Source: Candidatus Hydrogenedentota bacterium (GTDB lineage: Bacteria; Hydrogenedentota; Hydrogenedentia; Hydrogenedentales; SLHB01). From it: a DNA stretch of 27,588 nucleotides. Where the stretch lies: contig BTWA01000052.1 in NCBI GenBank assembly GCA_045863295.1, positions 1 through 27,588 on the forward strand. The letters are read 5' to 3'. Made by a program: the position numbers and the translations under genes. Positions 8,921-17,041 of this stretch are shown one piece after another. The notes under the pieces were generated by a model. The model had not been told where the DNA came from, searched no databases, and saw only the letters and a program-made list of their open reading frames with translations. Within the stretch, counting starts at the first letter, position 1; every line of letters starts with the position of its first letter.

Positions 8921-9780
8921 TGCAGGTCCTCCAACTCGTTTCTGTGTTCAACTATTCGATTGAGAAAAGCGAGCAGATCCAGCGCTTGCGGCTGGAGACG
9001 TTGCTCGACCTCATTGTGGAGGCGTTGGCGATGAGCCAACAGCTCTGGCGAGACGCCATTTCCCTGACCGATGAGGCGTTCGTAACTGTCGTGGTAGAAC
9101 TCATGGAACTCATCCTCGAATTCGTCGTAGATGCGCGATAACATGTCAACGGACGGCGCCTTTCCCTTCAGAAGCCGCTCCACTTGCTTCGTGCGCTGAA
9201 TAAGAAGCGTGGAAAACGCCGTCATGCCCTCGCTCAGGCGCAGAAGCCGTGCGGTTGTTATGGCTTCATCTGCCTCGCGGCGCCAGGGTTGGTCACGACA
9301 TGCCTCGCGGATTGCTTCGGGTGACGGTTTGCTCAGCAGGGCGGGTATGTCACTGAAATCACGCATCTTGACTAGCCGCGCACGCGGGCTGTGCGGCGTC
9401 GACACATAGGCGTAGCCGGGCTCGAGTTGGGCCAAGGCTTCGGTTTGAGTGGCGCTCAGCAGGGCGGCGCCCGCGAGCAGTTCGCGCTCGCTCCGCTCTT
9501 TAGTGCAGTAGATAGCCTTAATCGGCGTTAGGCTGACCGCGTCGTCGGCCACGTTCCTTACACTCTGATCCGCGCCATGGATACTTACGCCCAGCTTTCG
9601 GTGCTCCCGGACCGCACGGCAGTACAGCTTCGACAACGTGGCGCCTGGATCCATGACTTGGTCCGATTGTTGCGCAAGAGGATTGCGGCCGGCTATCAAA
9701 TGCAGTTCATCGATCAGTATCAAGAAGCGGACACGTTTTACATTTCGCGTGTTGTACGGCACTAGCCTTCTCCTTGGCAT
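8917..9780 (-). CDS. C-terminal part of a HerA/FtsK (DUF87/VirB4-like) ATPase
   Basis: Walker B LILIDELH and REHRKLGVSIHGADQS (arginine finger plus the conserved Gln motif). No Walker A in this ORF. Confidence 0.75.
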   Translation of the reverse strand: MPRRRLVPYNTRNVKRVRFLILIDELHLIAGRNPLAQQSDQVMDPGATLSKLYCRAVREHRKLGVSIHGADQSVRNVADDAVSLTPIKAIYCTKERSERELLAGAALLSATQTEALAQLEPGYAYVSTPHSPRARLVKMRDFSDIPALLSKPSPEAIREACRDQPWRREADEAITTARLLRLSEGMTAFSTLLIQRTKQVERLLKGKAPSVDMLSRIYDEFEDEFHEFYHDSYERLIGQGNGVSPELLAHRQRLHNEVEQRLQPQALDLLAFLNRIVEHRNELEDLQ

Positions 9781-11687
9781 GGGTCGCTGTGTGACGTCAA
9801 TAGATACTCCTCGATTCCCCTCAGGATGAACTGCATCAGGATGGACTTTTCATCGTCACCAAGCCCATCGAGGTCCAGAATCGTATACCCGTGGATCAAC
9901 GAGTCCATCGAGGGAACGTTAATGCCGGGAAGGAATATGGTGCGAAGCGCGCCGGTGAAGAGTTTCTCGAGGCGAGTCAGTGACGCCGACATAAGGTTCT
10001 GGGATGTATCACCGGCATAGCCGAGCTTCTTGACCTGGCTACGCAGTTCCGGCAACAACATCTCCATGCGTGGCGGATTGTCTGGATCCGGATACCTTCG
10101 GTAGAGCTTGTAAATGGATTTGACGAGTGCCCTTTCAAACGCTGGAAAGCTTGGCAGTGATCCCATGATGCATTCCGCGACACCACGTACTTTGAGGTCC
10201 AGGGGGATGCCCTTCTTCCACGTGAAGGGATTAAATGCTCCTTCGGACACGCCTTCCGGCCCAAACGTGTAGTACTGCAGATCCTGCGCGAGGCGGCGTA
10301 CGTTTGGGTCGGAGTGATCATGCAGGAGCTTGAGGCCGGTTTGCTCTCCTGCGATGGGAGCGATGTAAAGGAACGGAACGCCGCAGCGGTGCGACTCAAA
10401 CGAGATAGTTATAAGCGATAGGGTCTTGCCGGATCCGGGAATTCCCAACGCAATGGCGCTCTGACTGGATTCGGACTCGAGCACTCCCTCCTTCCGGCCG
10501 AGTTCCCCTCTGGGGCCAACGACGACGTCTCCGAAGGAAAAAAAGATATCTGATGCTGAAACCGTCGAATCCATACTGTGGTAAATGCAGTAGGGAGAGA
10601 CTACATCAGCCACGGGCCATTGGAAGATTCCGCGGAGTTCCTGGGGGGATGCTAACTGACGGAGGTTTTGGAGGTCGCGGTAGTATGCGGGCATACCTTG
10701 CGCGGCCAAGTACTCGAAAGGACGAAGGTACTCGACATGCCCGTAGCGGACGGCGTCGACTAGATTTCCAAAGTCGGGGTCACCGCAAGGTGTTACAACC
10801 AATGCGTACGAAGCGTCTTTGAACGCGGCCATCGCCAGTGACGAGGCAACGGTTCTAGCGGTTGCTACGCGAGTCGCGAGTACACGGATAATGAAATGCA
10901 CCGATGGCCCGCGCAAATTCTCTCTGACGCGCTGAGTGCTCCTGGCTACGAGGTCGGCAGCAGGTTCCTTACGGTAAGGAAGGGGCAGCAGCCGGCGTCT
11001 TTCATCCCCAACAGCTTCATGCAAGGCGTGCGAGTCATCGAACGGCCGGTGAGCGCGCCCAATTTCGTTGAGCAACGCGCAGTGTTTCGCGAGGGCATGT
11101 CGTTGGGGCGTCGTGTCCTCCGGCTCGACGCCGATATAGATTAGTACCGGTTCCTGTACGGTATTGAATGTTCGATCCACCAGCAAGAGTTCGTTTCTGG
11201 ATTGCGGGATGAAGGGAAAGGGCTCATACAAGAGCGATGGTACGTTCGGATTCTCGCCGGCGGTGGTCACGGGAGACAGCGCCTGCTCCATGCGCACGAT
11301 ATCGCACGCTGCGCTGAAGACACTGAAGTCGATGTGAGCAGGCTCAGTGCGTTTGATTGCGTAGAGCCCATCCAAGCTGCCTTTCGAGAGCCACCCGTCT
11401 ATCCCTTCGACGATTGCCTTGTCGCGGGACGCGCCTCGCGCCATGAGACACAGCCGGTCTTGTTTCTTGTCCGGCGCATCGTTCGGAGCGTAGGACCAAA
11501 GGAGATTCATTGCGCAGGAGCCTGCGGGTTGATGCGCAACACTGTTGAGTTGCGACGAGAATTCCTTGCCCACCGTATCTTCCACCCGGTCGCCGTAGAA
11601 TTCTTTCAACCGCGGATCGCCGCGCGAGGGCAACCGGGTTGCTGCGTAGGTTTCACCCAGAGTCATCTTTGTTTGTTCTGTTCTCAT
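9762..11687 (-). CDS. N-terminal part of a HerA/FtsK-like ATPase with a long N-terminal extension
   Basis: Walker A ALGIPGSGKT, FNPF and TILDLDGL. Ends just before the expected Walker B, which is in the overlapping next frame. Probable start 11687 (ATGA overlap with the E1 stop). Confidence 0.75.
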   Translation of the reverse strand: MRTEQTKMTLGETYAATRLPSRGDPRLKEFYGDRVEDTVGKEFSSQLNSVAHQPAGSCAMNLLWSYAPNDAPDKKQDRLCLMARGASRDKAIVEGIDGWLSKGSLDGLYAIKRTEPAHIDFSVFSAACDIVRMEQALSPVTTAGENPNVPSLLYEPFPFIPQSRNELLLVDRTFNTVQEPVLIYIGVEPEDTTPQRHALAKHCALLNEIGRAHRPFDDSHALHEAVGDERRRLLPLPYRKEPAADLVARSTQRVRENLRGPSVHFIIRVLATRVATARTVASSLAMAAFKDASYALVVTPCGDPDFGNLVDAVRYGHVEYLRPFEYLAAQGMPAYYRDLQNLRQLASPQELRGIFQWPVADVVSPYCIYHSMDSTVSASDIFFSFGDVVVGPRGELGRKEGVLESESSQSAIALGIPGSGKTLSLITISFESHRCGVPFLYIAPIAGEQTGLKLLHDHSDPNVRRLAQDLQYYTFGPEGVSEGAFNPFTWKKGIPLDLKVRGVAECIMGSLPSFPAFERALVKSIYKLYRRYPDPDNPPRMEMLLPELRSQVKKLGYAGDTSQNLMSASLTRLEKLFTGALRTIFLPGINVPSMDSLIHGYTILDLDGLGDDEKSILMQFILRGIEEYLLTSHSDPCQGEG

Positions 11688-12886
11688 TTCGTTGGCTCGT
11701 ATGATCCGCAGGAGGGGCAGTGCGGGTCGCGCGGCAGAGGTAATCCATACCAACGAAGAATGGCCAGTTCGGCCACGCCGTAACCCAATGGCGGGATCCC
11801 GGCGATGGAAGTATTCGCTTCTCGGCGGTTGAACCAGATGTAGAGGGGCGCGGCGAGGTCTTCATCCAAGCTGCGGAGCGTTGACTCCTTGTCCCGCAGC
11901 AAGTGTTGAATAGCGAGCTTTGTCGCCATCGTGGCGACCGGCGCTATGTCGGTGGCAAGACCAGGTTCAATCGGCGCGGGACGGTCGCTGTAAGCAGGGG
12001 CAGTGTCCGATGGTTCACTTTGGGTCATTTCCGGGTTCGAATGGACGTGACAGCTGTAGCACGGCCCGCTACCCGGGCGCAGGATCAGGACTTGGCCGCC
12101 GTAGGCCCTCCGGCGAAGGCCTGCGAAGATGCATGCCACCGCGGAATCAAGGCATACTCGGTTCAAGATGACACGGCCTTCGTGGTTGTCCAACCCGGCG
12201 ATGACCAAGGTACTCTTCTGCACGATTTCCCTGGCTTCGCCGGAGCTTGCCCACGTGAGACGCGATTCACGTGTCTTCACCTGTACACGCGGGTTCTTAC
12301 CACGTATGAGTTCTTCTACTGAGTGGGTCTTATGCCGGCCGACGTGGCTTAGGGGCGAGGGATGGCGGCATGTGTTTCCGGGTTCCAGAACGTCGTGGTC
12401 GACGAGCGTGAACGCTCCAACACCGGCTTTTGCAAGCCCGAGCGCCACCTCGGCGCCCAGAGAGCCCACACCGAAGATCGCCACCTGCTCCTCGCGCAAC
12501 GCGTCGGTCTCAAGAAGCCCGCTTATCCGATGGAAAATGTCCCGATCATCGATAACGGTGAGCGCAGCATCCTTCCATCCTTGGTTTTCTTGAAGCCTAA
12601 CGCGACATTCCATGTGGGAGGCGGGAAGCAACCCTGCGGGAGCGGAATCAGACCGGCACGAGAGGACGATACTCGGCATCGCATCAACCGGGGACTCATC
12701 CGTCAATGTATCCAGAGGCCCGAAGAGTACGGAAATCTCGCACGGGTTACCGGAGGTGAATTCGTCTGATGCGAGAAGAGAAATGACGCCTTCCCCGGCC
12801 CAATGCCTCGCCGTCCAGCGGAACGGACCAGTGGACTTACGCAGCTCGTCCAACAGGGATTGCGGCAAGACTACACGGGGAGTCAT
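11684..12886 (-). CDS. ThiF/MoeB/E1-family adenylyltransferase with ~115-aa N-terminal extension
   Basis: IFHR; VAIFGVGSLG; LVDHDVLEPGNTCRH; GRHK; IAGLDN; zinc pairs PCYSC and CPSC. Confidence 0.93.
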   Translation of the reverse strand: MTPRVVLPQSLLDELRKSTGPFRWTARHWAGEGVISLLASDEFTSGNPCEISVLFGPLDTLTDESPVDAMPSIVLSCRSDSAPAGLLPASHMECRVRLQENQGWKDAALTVIDDRDIFHRISGLLETDALREEQVAIFGVGSLGAEVALGLAKAGVGAFTLVDHDVLEPGNTCRHPSPLSHVGRHKTHSVEELIRGKNPRVQVKTRESRLTWASSGEAREIVQKSTLVIAGLDNHEGRVILNRVCLDSAVACIFAGLRRRAYGGQVLILRPGSGPCYSCHVHSNPEMTQSEPSDTAPAYSDRPAPIEPGLATDIAPVATMATKLAIQHLLRDKESTLRSLDEDLAAPLYIWFNRREANTSIAGIPPLGYGVAELAILRWYGLPLPRDPHCPSCGSYEPTK

Positions 12887-12889
12887 CGT

Positions 12890-13093
12890 TCACGCCCATC
12901 CCAGGTCATCGACATCCACGTTCAACGTGGACTCGGGATTGTCCGACGGACTGGGTTCGCGGAAGCGATTCCGCTCCTTGTCGTACACATACCGCCGCCC
13001 TGCGCCCTGAAACCGGTTCTCCGCCTCTCCTGCAATTTGCAGACCCCGCAAAATCTCGTCGGTAAACGTGTTTGGGCTAGCATTGTCGCTCAT
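12890..13093 (-). CDS. Small acidic protein (67 aa) ending DDLGWA; candidate substrate/modifier of the E1-E2-JAB cassette
   Basis: GAGGAGG RBS and ATGA overlap with the E2 stop; ends 3 nt before the E1 start. The function is inference. Confidence 0.75.
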   Translation of the reverse strand: MSDNASPNTFTDEILRGLQIAGEAENRFQGAGRRYVYDKERNRFREPSPSDNPESTLNVDVDDLGWA

Positions 13094-13545
13094 GGGGCAT
13101 ACCTCCTCTTCAAATCCCAAAGCATGTCGTCAATCGATTGGCCGGTACGAAGATGCTGTTCGTACAAATGAATCCAAAGTTGACCACGCTGTATCACGGC
13201 CAAACACGACTTTCTCGGGTCCCAGTCCTTGCTGTGGCAGAGTCGCGTCCAGCCGAGTTCTTCACGGCGGCCCAATGTGTGAAACCGGTGAGATGGACAG
13301 GTCAAGTGATCCCCGTGATAATCGAAGAGCAGCGATGGATATGTGACGTACAGGTATGGCTCTTCGTCTGGATACCCGCTGCCCAATTCAAGCCGCAATT
13401 CATAGGGGTGGCGGAAACCGGGACAACTCTCATAGCCGACTACGTACGCCGTGCTCCAAGAAGTGAAGAAGACGAAGTGCGGCAAGAGACGGTCCAAGAC
13501 GTCCCGTTCTGCCCGAATCCGATTTTCCTGGCGCGCCGTCCACAT
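13090..13545 (-). CDS. Prokaryotic E2/ubiquitin-conjugating (UBC-fold) protein
   Basis: RIRAE N-terminal helix; YELRLELGSGYPDEEP (YP..P); H...G...LCH candidate catalytic Cys; WDP...LAVI....W. Lies between the JAB and E1 genes. Confidence 0.8.
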   Translation of the reverse strand: MWTARQENRIRAERDVLDRLLPHFVFFTSWSTAYVVGYESCPGFRHPYELRLELGSGYPDEEPYLYVTYPSLLFDYHGDHLTCPSHRFHTLGRREELGWTRLCHSKDWDPRKSCLAVIQRGQLWIHLYEQHLRTGQSIDDMLWDLKRRYAP

Positions 13546-13548
13546 GGT

Positions 13549-14616
13549 CTACTCGCTCCCCCGGTCTACAGGCTGGTTCTCACCCGGTATACCTTCGTCC
13601 TGCCCCTCGAATTGGCCTCTATCGGCACAAACATGATCAGTGCAAGAGGGTTCCGGCATCGCCTCGGGGCAATCATGATTGGACGAATCGGTCGTACCGC
13701 GGCGCTGGCTGAAAAGTGCGCCGTGCAATAACCGGCCTTCGTTCGACAGATACTGGAAAAAGCTCATGATCCTTTCGGAAAGGCGGTTGTTGTCGCACTT
13801 AAGGCGAAACTTCAGATTGGGACCGAGTCGAATCGTTACATGGAACTGGCCGTCCTGCTCGGTCACTTCACAGTAGTCGCGCAGATGATGCGGAAGTGCG
13901 AGCAATTCCTCCTCGAGCTGGCTCGGGAGAGAGCTTTCCTCGCGGGGAAAGTACGGAGTCGAAAAGCAGATGCAATTGCTTGGATGGGGAGCGCTATCAG
14001 AGCGAAGGCCCGCAGCCTTTTCGCCGGAAGCCTGAAAAGCCAGCCGGTGGGGACTGGCGGAGGGGATGGATTCGACGGGTATGGGCGACAGCAACTCCGA
14101 ATCTGTACGGAGCACAAAGGAATTGATGCATACATGAGCGCCCGCTCCGTGGGACCGGAACCGGCGTGCCGCCGGCGAACACGGTTCGCGTATTTCGCCA
14201 AGATGATGGGAGTCGTTCGAACCGATGGTGAGGATAAAGATAAGGAACTCAGCCATCCCGTTTTTCTTTGCGATTGCGGCAGCGCTCTCGATATCGCGCG
14301 GGCTTGGCGTACTAAGGCCCAAATAGTGATGTGAATGCCACGTACCCCACAGCCCAAGCCGAAAGTTGTCGACAATCCACCTATGGCTTGCATGTAGGGA
14401 GGTGAGGTCCTTCCGAAAGAAGCACGGTTCATGCACCGCGTTCGGGCCGGGTGGCGTTGCAAACGTGATGACGATATCGTTCCCGCGCGAACGATACCCG
14501 TAAAGTTCCCCGCCTGTTTCAACCGGCGCGAAATGAATTGCGTCGCCTGCGACTGCTTGGGCCTCGGACTCGAATAGCGCCACGCGATGGGCAATGCAAC
14601 TTGTCAACACGCTCAT
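13549..14616 (-). CDS. JAB/MPN (Mov34) metallopeptidase with C-terminal extension
   Basis: ETGGELYG, ATPPGPNA and GTWHSHH...PSPRD give the complete E...HxH...S..D motif. Probable start 14616 with GGAGG RBS. Confidence 0.9.
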   Translation of the reverse strand: MSVLTSCIAHRVALFESEAQAVAGDAIHFAPVETGGELYGYRSRGNDIVITFATPPGPNAVHEPCFFRKDLTSLHASHRWIVDNFRLGLWGTWHSHHYLGLSTPSPRDIESAAAIAKKNGMAEFLIFILTIGSNDSHHLGEIREPCSPAARRFRSHGAGAHVCINSFVLRTDSELLSPIPVESIPSASPHRLAFQASGEKAAGLRSDSAPHPSNCICFSTPYFPREESSLPSQLEEELLALPHHLRDYCEVTEQDGQFHVTIRLGPNLKFRLKCDNNRLSERIMSFFQYLSNEGRLLHGALFSQRRGTTDSSNHDCPEAMPEPSCTDHVCADRGQFEGQDEGIPGENQPVDRGSE

Positions 14617-14933
14617 GACCCACTCCTCCAGGAGATCACCATGCATGCACGAGAACGGTTGCATGAACTTGCGAATGCGACTAAGTCGCGTGCGTTTCTA
14701 ACAACGCGTGCAACGACAGTTGACGCTGGATGCACCGAAACCGTAGTGCCCTCACGGCGGCAGCGGCGCACACGCTTAGGCCGAGACGTTTCAATGAAAC
14801 TAGCGGGCCGGTAGCTTGGCGCAGAGCTGCCACTATGGCCGAGATGGGAAGACGTTTCCGAGAGCACGCACTCGCGACCATCAGGAATACTGCGCCGCGT
14901 GGCCGCGTTATCGGAATACCGGCTAACAAACAC
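14613..14933 (-). CDS. Possible Arg/Ser-rich hypothetical protein (~106 aa) bridging the HD and JAB genes
   Basis: GTG at 14933 with GGGAG upstream overlaps the HD stop, and its TGA overlaps the JAB ATG. No motif; could be non-coding. Confidence 0.3.
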   Translation of the reverse strand: MFVSRYSDNAATRRSIPDGRECVLSETSSHLGHSGSSAPSYRPASFIETSRPKRVRRCRREGTTVSVHPASTVVARVVRNARDLVAFASSCNRSRACMVISWRSGS

Positions 14934-15651
14934 GGCGAGCGCTCCCTTCTGCGATGAACGTGTTGGCCGCCTTGATGGATTCGTAGATCTGGTGTTCCAA
15001 GATTCGCGCGGCGTCGGTATACCGGCCAAGTCCGCCGGACTTCGTACCGCAAATGGGCAGCAGTTCGTCGCTAGTTTCGCGGATATACTCGCGCATCTTT
15101 TCCACGGAGAACGCGCCGCGCATCGAAAGCAGGTTGCTGAGCCTATCGGCCAGCTTCGGGATACGGGCTGAACGGCAGCTCCGCACCTGCGCGAAGTATT
15201 CAGCGGGATGCTCCGATTCGACCTTGGTCAGGGCGGCCACCGACGTCACTACGCGATCCGGCAGACCATACGCGTTTAGTCCCTCATTCGGCATGCGGTC
15301 ACTTGCTTCTTCGGCGGCGTCATGCATGACGGCAGAGATCAGGACATCCGCCTCGCGGACACCAGCAAGAAAAGAGAACCGGGCCGCATCTAGGAGATGG
15401 GCCAGATAAGGCTCACCGGTCCTGCGAAAGATGCCGGAATGAAGGTGGGCAGCAAGGATGATCGCGTCTCCAATCCGCATCAGTTCTGGTTTCGGAAAAG
15501 CACCATCGAGCATTTCCCACAGCCGGGAAAGGCAGGTATTCATGTAGGCGTCATACCTCGCCGGCAAATTGGTAGCTGCCAGCTCTGCGCCAGAAAGAAC
15601 TACGCGCCGACTTAGGTATATCGGGGTAGTCATCGAGACCGGAGCCTTCAT
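14923..15651 (-). CDS. RelA/SpoT-type HD-domain protein (small alarmone hydrolase/Mesh1-like)
   Basis: AAHLHSGIFRRTGEPYLAH; SAVMHDAAEE; VAALTK; KLADRLSNL. No synthetase domain. Confidence 0.9.
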   Translation of the reverse strand: MKAPVSMTTPIYLSRRVVLSGAELAATNLPARYDAYMNTCLSRLWEMLDGAFPKPELMRIGDAIILAAHLHSGIFRRTGEPYLAHLLDAARFSFLAGVREADVLISAVMHDAAEEASDRMPNEGLNAYGLPDRVVTSVAALTKVESEHPAEYFAQVRSCRSARIPKLADRLSNLLSMRGAFSVEKMREYIRETSDELLPICGTKSGGLGRYTDAARILEHQIYESIKAANTFIAEGSARRVC

Positions 15652-15836
15652 TTATCCCACCGGCGCCCAGAGCCGCCGGGCGACTTCGAGCCAGGAGCTT
15701 TCTGAAGTTTCCATGTGACTTCTGTGGCTATCCTTGATGCGGCGACTGCTCTTGCACTTTCCGGTATCCGAGATGCTCTCTGCTGCGCCTGCGTTGCACG
15801 TCGATACTCGATCCATTTCGTCGCTCTCTTAATCAC
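15648..15836 (-). CDS. Small basic hypothetical protein (62 aa)
   Basis: GTG start; its stop overlaps the HD start (ATGA). No motif. Confidence 0.35.
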   Translation of the reverse strand: MIKRATKWIEYRRATQAQQRASRIPESARAVAASRIATEVTWKLQKAPGSKSPGGSGRRWDK

Positions 15837-15982
15837 GAGTTAGGTTCTTTGATCGCACCAAACGCCAGTGCCTGGTCGTTGGGGTCCTGTAGCAACCCAC
15901 TGAAACCCGTTGACGCCATCTGCCGCTGCTACAGTGCAGCGTTATCAAAGTATTGCCTGAGATTCGCGGGGCGTCGACCTAA

Positions 15983-16006
15983 TCATTCCGAACTTGTTCG
16001 GAATGA
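15983..16006. promoter_or_regulatory. Perfect 11-bp inverted repeat with 2-nt spacer; operator-like
   Basis: TCATTCCGAAC-TT-GTTCGGAATGA, overlapping the stop codon of 15983..16714. Confidence 0.5.
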
Positions 16007-16714
16007 ATCCGAAGGAGATGATCCGTCGAGCATGGGCAGGGTGGGGCAAAAGTAGACGTTCCCCGGCGCAGCGTTCACGAAGTAAGGGGTTGGGACAGAT
16101 ATCGCCTCGGCGAACGGTGACCCTAGCTTTGATTTGACGTACTGAAGGGATTCGTTAATTTGCTTTGGGGTAACCCAGTATTCTTCAGGCGGAAATCCGT
16201 CAGATCCAAACGACCGGAAGAGCTTCCGTCCAAAATGCAAATAGGCCTCTTCCAGCTCATTGATTGTGCAGTACGCGGCAGCCCTGCCTTGGGTGGAAAA
16301 TTGCTCGTAAGTGATTAGGATATGCTTACGCACGAGTGCCCAAATGGGCACATAGCGAATCGTGGAAAGACCTTCGACGCGCCAATCGCCAGTCGTTCCA
16401 TCGAGAATGATAATCTGCCCGACCTGCGTTCGAGGCAACATGCGCCCATTGCCTACGAAGCGTCTGTCGAGCAAGTGCTCCTGTAGTATCACGACAAAGC
16501 GACTGTCAAAGAGCGGGTCAATTTCGCTGGTCATCCGAGTTATGGATTCCGCGAAAGTAACGCCTCCTACAGATAGTTCAGGATTCGGATAGCGCGAGAG
16601 CGTTAATCCGCCTTGCCACACTGGCCTCAGCAGGTGCCGCAAAAGCGCTCTCTGCTGCTCGGGAAGTCCCAGGGGCAGCGTTGATTCTTCATCTTCTCTG
16701 GCTTCGACCGGCAT
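15983..16714 (-). CDS. Hypothetical protein (243 aa), possibly with C-terminal winged helix
   Basis: Long ORF at the head of the cluster. TINELEEAY...YW..PKQINESLQYVKSKLG weakly resembles an OmpR-type wHTH. Confidence 0.6.
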   Translation of the reverse strand: MPVEAREDEESTLPLGLPEQQRALLRHLLRPVWQGGLTLSRYPNPELSVGGVTFAESITRMTSEIDPLFDSRFVVILQEHLLDRRFVGNGRMLPRTQVGQIIILDGTTGDWRVEGLSTIRYVPIWALVRKHILITYEQFSTQGRAAAYCTINELEEAYLHFGRKLFRSFGSDGFPPEEYWVTPKQINESLQYVKSKLGSPFAEAISVPTPYFVNAAPGNVYFCPTLPMLDGSSPSDSFRTSSE

Positions 16715-16809
16715 CCACTTGTTACCCTGCTACGCAATCCGAGAATCGGCTAGTTGTTGGGTGCGCGCAATTCGTAAGTACATTCTACACAAGCATTTAC
16801 GAGTCGCTC

Positions 16810-16891
16810 TCGTGCGCTAGACTTCTTTTGTCCGTCGCGGTCGTGCGCTAGGAGGAATTTTGGTCACTTCTTTCGTGCGCTACGGGAATTT
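16810..16891. repeat. Three phased direct repeats TCGTGCGCTA in the divergent intergenic region
   Basis: Copies start at 16810, 16841 and 16873 (spacing 31, 32). Copies 2 and 3 are both followed by GGAATTT. Confidence 0.85.
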
Positions 16892-17041
16892 CAGGATCGG
16901 ATAGCAAATTGCACCATCGAGAAGCAGCCCACTCGATGTATTCGAATCTTCTGGCGCCGTTTCCCTAAAATTTCCGTTGTTGACGCGATGAGGGGCGTCC
17001 ACGATTGGACGCGCTTGCGTATCTGCCATAGGAGCACAACG

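Noticed and set aside
11684..14616. CBASS type II, canonical Bil system, or ThiS/MoaD sulfur-transfer operon
   Set aside because: No CD-NTase, no evident beta-grasp protein with C-terminal GG, and no thiamine or molybdopterin genes in the window. E1 and E2 are separate genes.
14923..15651. Full relA/spoT gene
   Set aside because: Only the HD hydrolase domain is present (242 aa); no synthetase, TGS or ACT domain.
16810..16891. Mini CRISPR array
   Set aside because: The repeats are only 10 bp with ~21-nt gaps that share sequence, and no cas genes are present.
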